This document shows positions 36,545 through 45,438 of a DNA stretch of 64,000 bases, one piece after another. This DNA is from a bacterium (GTDB lineage Bacteria > Zixibacteria > MSB-5A5 > GN15 > FEB-12), in NCBI GenBank assembly GCA_043811375.1, contig JBDRNJ010000021.1, forward strand, positions 33,937-97,936, given 5' to 3'. Both the position numbers and the translations under genes were made by a program. Position 1 is the first letter of the stretch. Each line of letters starts with the position of its first letter. The notes beneath the pieces were generated by a model. That model made no database searches, was not told the origin of the DNA, and worked only from the letters and a program-made list of their open reading frames with translations.

Positions 36545-37561
36545 TTGCTCACACTCGGGATTGAGACCTCATGTGATGAGACATCGGTAGCGGTCGTGCG
36601 GGGCGGCCGTCAGGTCCTGGCCAACGTTATCCTGTCACAGGCTATTCACGGCAAGTATGGCGGTGTTGTTCCCGAACTGGCGAGTCGGGCGCACCTGAAG
36701 ACGATAATCCCCATATACAGGCAGGCTTTGTCCGAGGCTCAGGTGACCCTCGGCGATATCGACCTGGTGGCAGCGACCATGGGCCCGGGTTTGGTGGGAC
36801 CTCTGCTGGTAGGGCTGACCTTCGCCAAAGCGCTGGCATGGGTGGCCGGGCTTCCCTGGGTGGCGGTGAATCACATCGAGGGCCATATCGCCGCCAATCT
36901 GCTGCAGCACCCCGATCTGGGAATGCCCCATTTGACGCTGGTAGTTTCCGGTGGACATACCATGCTGGTCCTGGTTCAGGAGTTTGGCGAGTATGAGATA
37001 CTCGGACAGACGAAAGACGATGCTGCCGGTGAAGCCTTTGACAAGGTAGGTAAACTGCTGGGGCTGGGATATCCCGGGGGAGCCGAACTTGATCGGCTGG
37101 CGCAATCGGGCGATGCGGACTATGTTCACTTTCCACGGGCGGTTATGAAGCAGCTGGGCTATCAGTTTTCTTATTCCGGACTTAAGACTGCCGTGGTGCT
37201 GCATATTAAAAAGCTCAGTTCACAGGACCTTCAGAAACACCGGGCCGACATAGCCGCCTCGTTCCAGGAAGCAGCGGTGGCGGTGCTGGTGGAAAAGACG
37301 ATGCGCGCTGCGGCAGCCACCGATGTTAAAGATGTCACACTGTCCGGCGGAGTGGCGGCCAACAGTCGCCTGAGGGAACTCCTGCGGCGACGCCTTCGGG
37401 AAACCGGTCGCCGGTTGTTTTACCCCACGCTTCAATTATGTACGGACAACGCCGCCATGATCGCCGCCGCCGGCTACCTCCGCTACCGAAAGGAAGGAGC
37501 TTCGGAGATGGTTATCAACGCCGAACCCTACCTGCCGTTGGTGCCGGTACAGCCAAAGTAG
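36545..37561 (+). CDS. tsaD: tRNA N6-adenosine threonylcarbamoyltransferase TsaD
   Basis: LGIETSCDET, GGVVPELASRAH, NHIEGH, VSGGHT, DDAAGEAFDK, TDNAAMIA. Confidence 0.97.
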   Translation: MLTLGIETSCDETSVAVVRGGRQVLANVILSQAIHGKYGGVVPELASRAHLKTIIPIYRQALSEAQVTLGDIDLVAATMGPGLVGPLLVGLTFAKALAWVAGLPWVAVNHIEGHIAANLLQHPDLGMPHLTLVVSGGHTMLVLVQEFGEYEILGQTKDDAAGEAFDKVGKLLGLGYPGGAELDRLAQSGDADYVHFPRAVMKQLGYQFSYSGLKTAVVLHIKKLSSQDLQKHRADIAASFQEAAVAVLVEKTMRAAAATDVKDVTLSGGVAANSRLRELLRRRLRETGRRLFYPTLQLCTDNAAMIAAAGYLRYRKEGASEMVINAEPYLPLVPVQPK

Positions 37562-37625
37562 GGCAGAAACCTCGGTGCTTCTGCCATTGTCTTAGTTGGC
37601 GGAACCGCTGCGGATTCTGCCCTAC
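37558..37625. repeat. Inverted pair of GTAG-type REP-like palindromes (REPIN-like doublet)
   Basis: GTAG-GGCAGAA...TTCTGCC, then GGCGGAA...TTCTGCC-CTAC; the first GTAG supplies the tsaD stop codon. Confidence 0.7.
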
Positions 37626-37803
37626 TAGGTTTGACAGCCTCAATACGACCCCCTTCGGTAACATTCATTGTGAGGCAATTCGTCACAGAGTTGCAGGGTG
37701 GATATACCTTGACAGAGCAACTGGAATTTATCACATTTGTTAGAGCAATGACTCCCCAACCGTTGGGTGGGCTAGAGGCATCGAAGCAGGAAGGGAAAAT
37801 CTG

Positions 37804-38715
37804 GTGGAAGTTAATTGGGCACCTCTTCTGGGCAAATGTCAAATAAGTGATGGCGAGTTGATATTCAAGGGTGGCTTGATAGAGGTAGCAGGGCAACAGG
37901 TCTGTGCCGGTGGGAAATTCATCACTGATAGCGAATTCGCTGGCGGCACTATTACCACTGAATTTGAATTCGCAGAAATAGACCAATACACAACGTGCGA
38001 AATCATTCTCTATCACAACCCAGCAAGCGATTATATGCTGACGGCAGGTCTTGGAGGAGCAGGCCTGTATAACATTCGGGAATTCCAAAATCAGTGGTTT
38101 CTTCACGGTACCGTAGGTGACAGATCGAACCTTCAACGTCATAAGAAATACTGGATGAAGGTTTCCTTATCAGGCTCGCGTGTGACATTAACAGTTGATG
38201 AGGTGGACGTCCTTTCAAGAAATCTGCCATTCCAACTTACGCTGGGCCAAGTCGGCCTATGGTGTGCTTCCTTGTCATACATCACAGTTACCGACTTTGA
38301 TGTTCGCGGTGAGGCAACAAAGGCGTTCGTGGTTATGCAATTCTCCACTCTGTACAATGAGCTTTACGATGATGTGATCATCCCTGTTTGTGAAGATTAT
38401 CGGATAAAAGCCATCAGAGTAGACGAAGTCTGCGGCCCTGGCCTGATAATAGCCGACATAATAACACAAATCATCGAGTCCCAGCTCATTATCGCGGAGA
38501 TTACCCCAGAAAACCCAAATGTATATTATGAAATTGGCTATGCACATGCCTTAGGAAAACCAACTATTCTCATCGCGGAAGAGAACACTCAACTTCCGTT
38601 TGACCTTTCCCCATTTCGAGTCCTCTTTTATGAGAACAGTATTTCCGGCAAGAAACGCATCGAAGAAGGTCTGCGCAAAAACTTGAGTGCTATCGTGGAA
38701 AGAAGTGTATCCTAA
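37804..38715 (+). CDS. Fusion of a concanavalin A-like/DUF1080-like beta-sandwich to a nucleoside 2-deoxyribosyltransferase/TIR-like domain
   Basis: C-domain AFVVMQF...IIAEITPENPNVYYEIGYAHALGKPTILI...LPFDL; N-domain all-beta with MKVSLSGSRVTLTVDE and GQVGLW; no signal peptide. Confidence 0.75.
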   Translation: MEVNWAPLLGKCQISDGELIFKGGLIEVAGQQVCAGGKFITDSEFAGGTITTEFEFAEIDQYTTCEIILYHNPASDYMLTAGLGGAGLYNIREFQNQWFLHGTVGDRSNLQRHKKYWMKVSLSGSRVTLTVDEVDVLSRNLPFQLTLGQVGLWCASLSYITVTDFDVRGEATKAFVVMQFSTLYNELYDDVIIPVCEDYRIKAIRVDEVCGPGLIIADIITQIIESQLIIAEITPENPNVYYEIGYAHALGKPTILIAEENTQLPFDLSPFRVLFYENSISGKKRIEEGLRKNLSAIVERSVS

Positions 38716-38782
38716 GCAGCAAGTGCGCCGCGGGGTATTGCAAACAACAATGCAGTTTTGAGTTTTTTGGGAGGAGTATGTT

Positions 38783-39067
38783 ATGAAACAGGTACCTAGT
38801 ATGATCGCTATCACCCTGTTAGCAGTTGGTCTTCTGCTCACCGCATTAAAGAGCTTTGGAGCAGATGAAGTAATGGAAAAACCGGAAGTGGGAAGGTATC
38901 AGCTTTTTCAAGGTACTTTCACGACTTTAGACGCTAAGAATGAGAGAGCAGACAAAGAGATTGCCGTCTTTTTGTTGGATACAGTAACGGGAAAGGTGAT
39001 GCGTTATTCGACAGGAATTTATAAAGACGGGAAATACTTCGAACGATGGGTGATTGCTGAAGAGTGA
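38783..39067 (+). CDS. Small secreted hypothetical protein
   Basis: GGAGGAG RBS, signal peptide, GRYQL...LLDTVTGKV beta-rich motif. Confidence 0.75.
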   Translation: MKQVPSMIAITLLAVGLLLTALKSFGADEVMEKPEVGRYQLFQGTFTTLDAKNERADKEIAVFLLDTVTGKVMRYSTGIYKDGKYFERWVIAEE

Positions 39068-39311
39068 TAGTGACCGTAATGTCTCTGGCTGATGGGCAGA
39101 CAGTGAGGGTATGCCCAGAAACAGCCTCAGGAGAATTGGCAGAGGCAAAACGCCGTCATTTTTGTGCTCATAGAACTGATCACTCAGGGAAACGAGAAGA
39201 ATCTTGACCGTTCGAGGAGATTATTGCATATTCAAAATACTGAAAGGGACAAACCGTGTTTTTGAAACCTTTATATGGGAAATCTCGATCAAATCAAAGG
39301 AGGTAGGTAGA

Positions 39312-39581
39312 ATGCCTAGTAGAGTGGATTATACGTACTGGACTGTTTGCTGGAAATGGGGGTTTATTCCATATCCGTGCAAGAAGACGGTCCGGGGATG
39401 GTCTTACTTCTGGGATTGGATTACGGTGTATAATTACTTTTTCTTTCGATACGTCAAGGGGTGTGAGGCTGGCACTCTGTATTGTTGGTATGGCTCAAAC
39501 TTCGGGTTAGTGGGAAAATCTACGTCTTACAAGGTTCGTGTATCCTACAGGACTCGTCGACCTGAGTGCGGCACTTGTTAG
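39312..39581 (+). CDS. 89-aa Trp/Tyr/Cys-rich basic hypothetical protein
   Basis: Strong RBS AAGGAGG before ATG 39312 (track start 39204 is probably too long); candidate promoter TTGACC-17-CATATT at 39204-39232. Confidence 0.65.
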   Translation: MPSRVDYTYWTVCWKWGFIPYPCKKTVRGWSYFWDWITVYNYFFFRYVKGCEAGTLYCWYGSNFGLVGKSTSYKVRVSYRTRRPECGTC

Positions 39582-39730
39582 CTGGGGAAGTGTTAGTGGG
39601 ACAGGTCTGTTCTCAGACGTGGCCTACCTGTTTGCCGAGTATATCCGTCATGACAGTGAACTCGAGGTAGTGAACCGAATTTGTGCGGTGCGGACGTCCC
39701 CGTCCGCACCGTTCCGGATTCTTGCGCCAA

Positions 39731-39763
39731 TAAAGAAAGGCGGGACTGTGAGAGTCCCGCCTT
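39731..39763 (-). terminator. Rho-independent terminator after the S41 peptidase gene
   Basis: Stem AAGGCGGGACT/AGTCCCGCCTT followed on the minus strand by a U-rich tract. Confidence 0.8.
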
Positions 39764-39789
39764 CCGTAGAAGACACCGTGGAGTCGGTG

Positions 39790-41190
39790 TTATTTGTCGC
39801 GCTCGTGGCTGTCGGTGCGACCGTTGTCGTACTGCCCGACCAGTTTCACTACCTGTCCGGCATCATCCCTGACAAACTGAATCCGGAAGTATTCCAGGTC
39901 GCCGGCCAGAAAGCGGTCGTCACCCATCGGCGTCAACCGATAGGGAGGTCTCTCTTCGCGCTGGTAGACTAATTGGTCGTTCTCAAGCCTGATTTGTCGC
40001 GGGCCGTAGCTGCCGACATAGTCCTGCAGCGCGCTCACCTCAACAGTGACCGGTTCCAGCAGCACCTTTTTGCCGTCGATCACCCACTGATAAGTGCCTT
40101 GCCGTCTCGGGTCATCAGTCTCTTTCAGTAATTTCTCCAACGCTTTCATATAGGCGACATCGAGAGCCTTTTCCCGGGGCACTTCGATATGTGGTGTAAC
40201 ACCGGTACCCTCCCAGTTGGTGCCGGTGATCGGGTTGATCGCTCTTCCAAAAGGCACCGATATCCAGACGTTGAGATTGGCGAAGAGGCGGCGGTCGGTG
40301 GGATGGGCGCCGCCGCCGGTTGTTTCGCCTATTATGGTGGCGCGTTCAAGATTTTTCAGATTGTAAGTGAACTCCTCCGCTCCCGAAAACGTGTATTCAC
40401 TGGTCAGTACGTAGACATCAACATCCGGCATCCTCGGCCCGGGGACCCAGTTGTGGGTCCAGAACTGTTTGATGGTATCTTCCTTGCGAATGTAGAAGCT
40501 GTTCAGATGGGTCGGTTCGTCCAGCAGGTAACTGGTCAGCAGTTGTATCATCGTCGGCGACCCGCCGCCATTCTCTCGCATGTCGAAGATGATGGCATCG
40601 GCATAGGCCAGGAAGTTCATGGCGGCCACGGCGGTTGGCCCGGCCTCAGGCAATCCGGAGAAATTGCGGAAGTCCAGGTAGCCGACATTTCCTGGAAGCA
40701 GTTGTACCGTCTTGAAGCCGAAATTCATGCTACGGGCTTCCTCCAGCTCCTGCCGGCGGGCATCGTCAGTCAGCGTGTCACCAGTTTGCATTTGAATCAG
40801 TTCCTCAGAGGCAAAGTGACAGTGCAGATGACCATCCTTGCTGATTTCCTTCATGTCTTCTGTTAGCTGCCCGGTGAACTCGCGGCAGCCGGTGAGGTCC
40901 TGGTAGTCCTTGTCTTTGAGTTTCCGACGCATGTTTTGCACCATTTTTTCAGCCACCTCGGGGAAGACATAGATTTCATTCAGGGCGGCGGCGATGCTGT
41001 CGATGATTTCGGATTGCAGGGCGGCATCAAGCTGCCGATCCTCGGCGTTGGCCGGTGCCGGCTGTGCCCAGGTTGTGGCTGATGCGAACATGCCCGACAT
41101 TGCCAGACATACTACCAGAACCGGGATGTGAAACCAGTGCTGTCGGCGGCTGCCAAATTCACCAACCGGTACCCTTCCGATAGTTTTCAT
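39790..41190 (-). CDS. S41 family peptidase (IRBP-like), secreted
   Basis: DGHL, GNVGYL, IFDMRENGGG, TFSGAEEF (catalytic Ser), IGETTGGGAHP, NWEGTGVTPHI. Confidence 0.92.
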   Translation of the reverse strand: MKTIGRVPVGEFGSRRQHWFHIPVLVVCLAMSGMFASATTWAQPAPANAEDRQLDAALQSEIIDSIAAALNEIYVFPEVAEKMVQNMRRKLKDKDYQDLTGCREFTGQLTEDMKEISKDGHLHCHFASEELIQMQTGDTLTDDARRQELEEARSMNFGFKTVQLLPGNVGYLDFRNFSGLPEAGPTAVAAMNFLAYADAIIFDMRENGGGSPTMIQLLTSYLLDEPTHLNSFYIRKEDTIKQFWTHNWVPGPRMPDVDVYVLTSEYTFSGAEEFTYNLKNLERATIIGETTGGGAHPTDRRLFANLNVWISVPFGRAINPITGTNWEGTGVTPHIEVPREKALDVAYMKALEKLLKETDDPRRQGTYQWVIDGKKVLLEPVTVEVSALQDYVGSYGPRQIRLENDQLVYQREERPPYRLTPMGDDRFLAGDLEYFRIQFVRDDAGQVVKLVGQYDNGRTDSHERDK

Positions 41191-41744
41191 ACTTCTCTCT
41201 CCTTGTTGTGACGTTTATTTTTTGTTCCCGGATTTCCGTTGTCTGGCTTCGATTGACCGCGATCCAGGCCCAGGTTGTCCCGGATACGGTCGTACATCGA
41301 CTGCCGGTCGAGTTCGTGTTCAATAGCGGTGATCCCCGCCAGCAAGTTACAACCGGAAGCCTCGATCACCTGGGAAGTGCATGTCTCGACTGCGATCCAC
41401 AAAGGTCGCAGCTTTTCCACCATTTTCTTACCTTTGGAGGTGAGCGATAACAGCCGTCGCCGCTCGTCGTCGGGATCGGTGCGGGAGGTCAACAGACCGC
41501 GTCGTGACATCTGTCCGGCAATCTGGTTTACGGCCGGGTGCGTCAGGCCCAGTTTATCGGCGACAGTGGTGACCGGCAGGTCGGAAAACTGAGATAGCAG
41601 GTAGGCGACCGGGAACCAACGGGCATGAAAATCCAGTTTTTGGTCCTGATAGACCTGCGATACGTCTCGTTGCAGGAGTTCACCGAGGCGCTTGAGACGG
41701 CTGGCCAGGGCCAGAGTGCCCAGTTGTTGTATAAGGTCTGTCAT
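41187..41744 (-). CDS. MarR family transcriptional regulator
   Basis: LGTLALASRLKRL, winged HTH LGLTHPAVNQ...DERRRLLSLT; ATG 41744 preferred over the track's GTG 41765. Confidence 0.88.
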   Translation of the reverse strand: MTDLIQQLGTLALASRLKRLGELLQRDVSQVYQDQKLDFHARWFPVAYLLSQFSDLPVTTVADKLGLTHPAVNQIAGQMSRRGLLTSRTDPDDERRRLLSLTSKGKKMVEKLRPLWIAVETCTSQVIEASGCNLLAGITAIEHELDRQSMYDRIRDNLGLDRGQSKPDNGNPGTKNKRHNKEREV

Positions 41745-41750
41745 CAGACC

Positions 41751-41772
41751 ATAATACGTAAGCACTTACATA
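41751..41772 (-). promoter_or_regulatory. Candidate MarR operator TAcGTAAG-ca-CTTACaTA overlapping a -10 TATTAT
   Basis: Imperfect palindrome 41755-41772; TATTAT (41756-41751) lies 6 nt before the ATG, suggesting a leaderless autoregulated mRNA. No clear -35. Confidence 0.5.
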
Positions 41773-41991
41773 AATGTTTCTCAATGATTCACCGCCCCTG
41801 TTTTTTCTCTCTGACTTATATAATGAGGACACCGGTTAGCTGGAAGTGACAGATTACGGGCTTGTTGAAAAAGAGGAAACCGTTATTGCCGGGCACACCT
41901 TGCTTGTCATGGCGATCTCCAGGTGATGGTCATATAAATGAAGGGAATCGCTATAAACCGCTCACAGCGTATGATATAGTCGTGATTCCCC

Positions 41992-43500
41992 TTAATGAGG
42001 CCTTGTCTTTGCAATGATCTCATTGGCTATAGTCATAGCTGCGGGGAAATCATAGTTGGACAGGACTACAACGTCATAGCCGCCGGCCAGGAAGAGGTTG
42101 ACGGAAGTGCTGACTCCGGGTGCGCCACCTGCCACACGAAGCGGTCCATTGGGAAACTCGTCGGCATCTTCCGGCGATCCCCTGAAATGCTTGAGCAGGA
42201 AGTGTGTGTACTGCGGGCTGAGGAGCTTGTATTGACGGAGGGCGGCACCGAATTTCAGCATGTCCTCGGTCGTCGAATACCCACCCCCATCGGCCGCACC
42301 TTTCGGTGACAACAGGTATGTGTTGGCCCACCGTTCCTCTGAAGACTCAGGGATATAAGGATTCTGCCGGGTGTAGCCAACTGCTATGTTTTGCACCGGA
42401 CTGTCACGATCATACGAATCACTGTTGATCATCCCGGCCGGTCGGTAGACAGTCTCCCGGATGTAGTCGAAATAATTCCTGCCGGTGACGGCCTCGATTA
42501 TCGCTCCCAGTACCATGAAGCAGGTATTGCAGTGTTGATTGGTTGCACCCGGTTCAAAGTCGAGAGGCACGTCTTTGAGGAACTCCATGTAGTCGGATAT
42601 GGCTCGTATATCGTTCTGTTTGGCAAGGTATGACTCGTTGCCCCAATAGTCGCCCCAACCGGCTTCCATGTTCAGAAGATGTCGCACCGTGACCTTCTCG
42701 GATATGTCGTCCGGAAAGATGTCGAGATACCTGCCGATAGGATCGTCAATGGAAACCTTACTCCCATCCATCAGCTTCGATATGGCCACCGATGTAAAGA
42801 CCTTGTTGATGGACCCAAGATTGAACCTGGTGTCGAGCGTGTTCTCAACATTGAATCTCTTTGAGGCCAGGCCGTATGCTTCGTGAAACAGTTTCTCACC
42901 GTTTCTGGCTACCAGCACCACACCTGAGAATTCGTCGTTTACGACTTTGGTATCAAGCCACTCACGAAGTTCGTCGATGTCCAAGTCCTTAATTTCCTGT
43001 TCCTCAGGCGGCTGTTTCTCACTCTTTACCTCAGACTCCTTCGGCGGCGGAGCACCTTCCGGAGATGGAATCGGTGTTACACCCATCCGCGCGATGCGAT
43101 GAGGTTCATCAGCCTCCACATCAATAGTGTACTGCAGATACTTGTCGCCGTTCAAATTGCATACCGCGACGACGACCTGATTAGCCACGAATTCTTCGGT
43201 TGAAACGAGCCTGAGTTTGCCGAAGCTTTCCTGGACCATAGCGAACAGTCCCAGATGCATATCCATAGGGAACGCATCACGGAAGGTCGGGGTGAAACTG
43301 TTTTGAACGTAATCTTCGACCGTAGTACTGCTCGTACCGTTGAGAAGCTCAAAGACCTCCTCGGCCCGATTGCCGGCCGGTGAATCCGGGAATCCTTCCT
43401 CCGCCAGAAGAACGGCAGGATCGAACAGAAGCGCAACGATCGGCAGAATGAGGATTAGAATAAGACGTTTCATCTGAAATTTCCCATATAAGAGTTTCAA
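41992..43500 (-). CDS. Serine hydrolase, beta-lactamase/AmpC-like family, with N-terminal accessory domain
   Basis: Signal peptide, FSGVVLVA, SxxK (GSINK), VTVRHLL, LDFEPG, ADGGGYST. Confidence 0.88.
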   Translation of the reverse strand: MKLLYGKFQMKRLILILILPIVALLFDPAVLLAEEGFPDSPAGNRAEEVFELLNGTSSTTVEDYVQNSFTPTFRDAFPMDMHLGLFAMVQESFGKLRLVSTEEFVANQVVVAVCNLNGDKYLQYTIDVEADEPHRIARMGVTPIPSPEGAPPPKESEVKSEKQPPEEQEIKDLDIDELREWLDTKVVNDEFSGVVLVARNGEKLFHEAYGLASKRFNVENTLDTRFNLGSINKVFTSVAISKLMDGSKVSIDDPIGRYLDIFPDDISEKVTVRHLLNMEAGWGDYWGNESYLAKQNDIRAISDYMEFLKDVPLDFEPGATNQHCNTCFMVLGAIIEAVTGRNYFDYIRETVYRPAGMINSDSYDRDSPVQNIAVGYTRQNPYIPESSEERWANTYLLSPKGAADGGGYSTTEDMLKFGAALRQYKLLSPQYTHFLLKHFRGSPEDADEFPNGPLRVAGGAPGVSTSVNLFLAGGYDVVVLSNYDFPAAMTIANEIIAKTRPH

Positions 43501-43580
43501 GAAAAATTATTTATCTCATTGAACGTCATAATAAAATAAAAGTTACTTCGAATTCTCAAGAATCTACTCGTACATATGGA

Positions 43581-43606
43581 GCGGTCAGGAAAGGATTCCT
43601 GACCGC
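43581..43606. repeat. GC-rich hairpin (terminator or REP-related) downstream of the DUF3078 gene
   Basis: GCGGTCAGGAA-agga-TTCCTGACCGC; arms share GTCAGGA/TCCTGAC with the REPs at 61520-61594; no U-tract. Confidence 0.5.
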
Positions 43607-43631
43607 GCATAAAAGAGGGGGGCACGATAAA

Positions 43632-44552
43632 TCAGATCATTTTGAAAATGAATCCGATTCCAATCGTTTCCTTCAAACGCCCCTGGCGTTCGACCTCTTT
43701 GTCGTACAGAAACTGGGTGTAGAGATTCACCGTAACAATCTTTGAGATCGAGGCGGTGATGATATTCTCCCAGTTAACATCTATTGCTTTCCACTCATCT
43801 TCGTCGTCAGTTCCCTTGACCTTGTCTTTCTCTGAGAAGAAAAGAGCCTTGTACAGAGACAGTTTGCCGGTGTAAAGGAGCCTCTCGTTGAATGCGAAAG
43901 TTATATCCGTTACCGATTCAATACCACCGTAAATGTATGTTGAATCGGTAGTAAAGAGCGTCGTTGGGTCTATGATGATCTCTCGTTTTATTATCTGGCG
44001 CAGGGCCAGCCCCAGTCGGCTGAGCACCTCGTCTTTTTCACGCTGATGAAACTGTCGGGCAATACCGGCCGACTCAGTGAGCTTAATCGGCGTCAGGTAA
44101 CGTTTCTTAGCCTCAACGGAGGCGTCCAGGAACTGCGATTCGAGTCTGACGGCGGCATAAGGGTCTACGAACTTATGCATGGTGAAACGTGCGACGTTCT
44201 CCCAATCAATAAGATCAGTGGACTTCTGGGGTTTGCTCCAGTGCCTGGTCTGGTCGATGATGTCGGTGGTTTGCGTCATGGTCTGGCCAAAGGAAAGTTT
44301 CAGCCTCGACTTGAAATTAAGCCAGTCTTTGAGTTGCTTTTCCGCCGAACCGTTGAGGTTGCTGACCCAGTTAATGGCACCGACTTCACCACCGACCCAG
44401 GAATCCGAGTAGGCCGTTTGAGTGACAATGAAGTCCACAACCAGTGATTTCTTCCAACCGGTTATAGTCGTATCACCGGCTTGAACGGTGGTTCCCATAG
44501 TGAACATGGCGAGCAATATGACCATAACGAGTGAGTTTTTTCCATGATACAT
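43632..44552 (-). CDS. DUF3078 family outer membrane beta-barrel protein
   Basis: Signal peptide, W....TQTAYSDSWVGGE, KSTDLI, WENIITASISK, Q.LYD. Confidence 0.75.
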   Translation of the reverse strand: MYHGKNSLVMVILLAMFTMGTTVQAGDTTITGWKKSLVVDFIVTQTAYSDSWVGGEVGAINWVSNLNGSAEKQLKDWLNFKSRLKLSFGQTMTQTTDIIDQTRHWSKPQKSTDLIDWENVARFTMHKFVDPYAAVRLESQFLDASVEAKKRYLTPIKLTESAGIARQFHQREKDEVLSRLGLALRQIIKREIIIDPTTLFTTDSTYIYGGIESVTDITFAFNERLLYTGKLSLYKALFFSEKDKVKGTDDEDEWKAIDVNWENIITASISKIVTVNLYTQFLYDKEVERQGRLKETIGIGFIFKMI

Positions 44553-44564
44553 CGTCTGTCTCCC

Positions 44565-45380
44565 TTAAGTAACGGTTACTTGGTGCATGTGAACATCCTG
44601 CTGCGGATACGGTATAGAGATGCCTTCAACATCAAACGTAAGCTTGACCTTCTCCTGCAGGTCCCAATAGACCGCCCAGTAATCGGCGCTCTTGACCCAC
44701 GGCCGAACCACGAAGTTGACCGAGCTATCACCCAGTTCCGATACTGCTACCACTGGTGCCGGGTCCTTGAGAACGCGGTCATCTTCGCTTACCAGCCGTT
44801 CGAGTATCTGCTTGGCTTTCTTCAGGTCATCCTCGTAACCGATACCGAACACCAGGTCAACGCGCCGCGTTTCTTTGGCCGAATAGTTGACGATATTGCC
44901 GCCGGTGATACCGCTGTTGGGGATAATGATCTTCTTGTTGTCAGGGGTTTTCATGATGGTGCTGAAGATACCGACTTCTTCCACGACGCCGGTGGCGCCG
45001 CCCGCTTCCACAAAGTCGCCGGCCCTGAAAGGTCTGAAAACTATGAGCATGACACCGGCGGCGAAGTTGGCCAGCGAGCCCTGCAGGGCAAAACCAACCG
45101 CGAGACCGGCGGCACCGATAATTGCCACAAACGACGTGGTTTGCACGCCCAGTTGGTTCAGAACAACGATGAAGAGAATGACCAGCAGCGCTGTTTTGGT
45201 CAGGCTGGTTATGAACCTGATTAGTGTTTCGTCAGATTTGGATCTTTTCATCATTCGTCTGACAATTCCGGTCAGGATGCTGACGACAATGCGACCGATA
45301 ATGAAGATCGCCAGGGCGCCGACGACTTTCATGCCGTACAGTGCGCCCCATTCAATGATCTTGTCCGTTAAGCCTTCCAT
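44565..45380 (-). CDS. mscS: Small-conductance mechanosensitive channel MscS
   Basis: GAAGLAVGFALQGSLANFAAG, RPFRAGDFVE, IPN, GISIPYPQ. Confidence 0.95.
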   Translation of the reverse strand: MEGLTDKIIEWGALYGMKVVGALAIFIIGRIVVSILTGIVRRMMKRSKSDETLIRFITSLTKTALLVILFIVVLNQLGVQTTSFVAIIGAAGLAVGFALQGSLANFAAGVMLIVFRPFRAGDFVEAGGATGVVEEVGIFSTIMKTPDNKKIIIPNSGITGGNIVNYSAKETRRVDLVFGIGYEDDLKKAKQILERLVSEDDRVLKDPAPVVAVSELGDSSVNFVVRPWVKSADYWAVYWDLQEKVKLTFDVEGISIPYPQQDVHMHQVTVT

Positions 45381-45438
45381 TTTGGCACCTCACGATTATC
45401 GTTTTCTTCGATTTACCGTGTCAATACCTGAATATCAA

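Noticed and set aside
37528..38142. 204-aa minus-strand ORF
   Set aside because: Overlaps the better supported NDT-fusion gene antisense and crosses a REP doublet.
38716..39600. Possible integron cassette array
   Set aside because: No attC-like RYYYAAC...GTTRRRY structures after the stop codons and no integrase.
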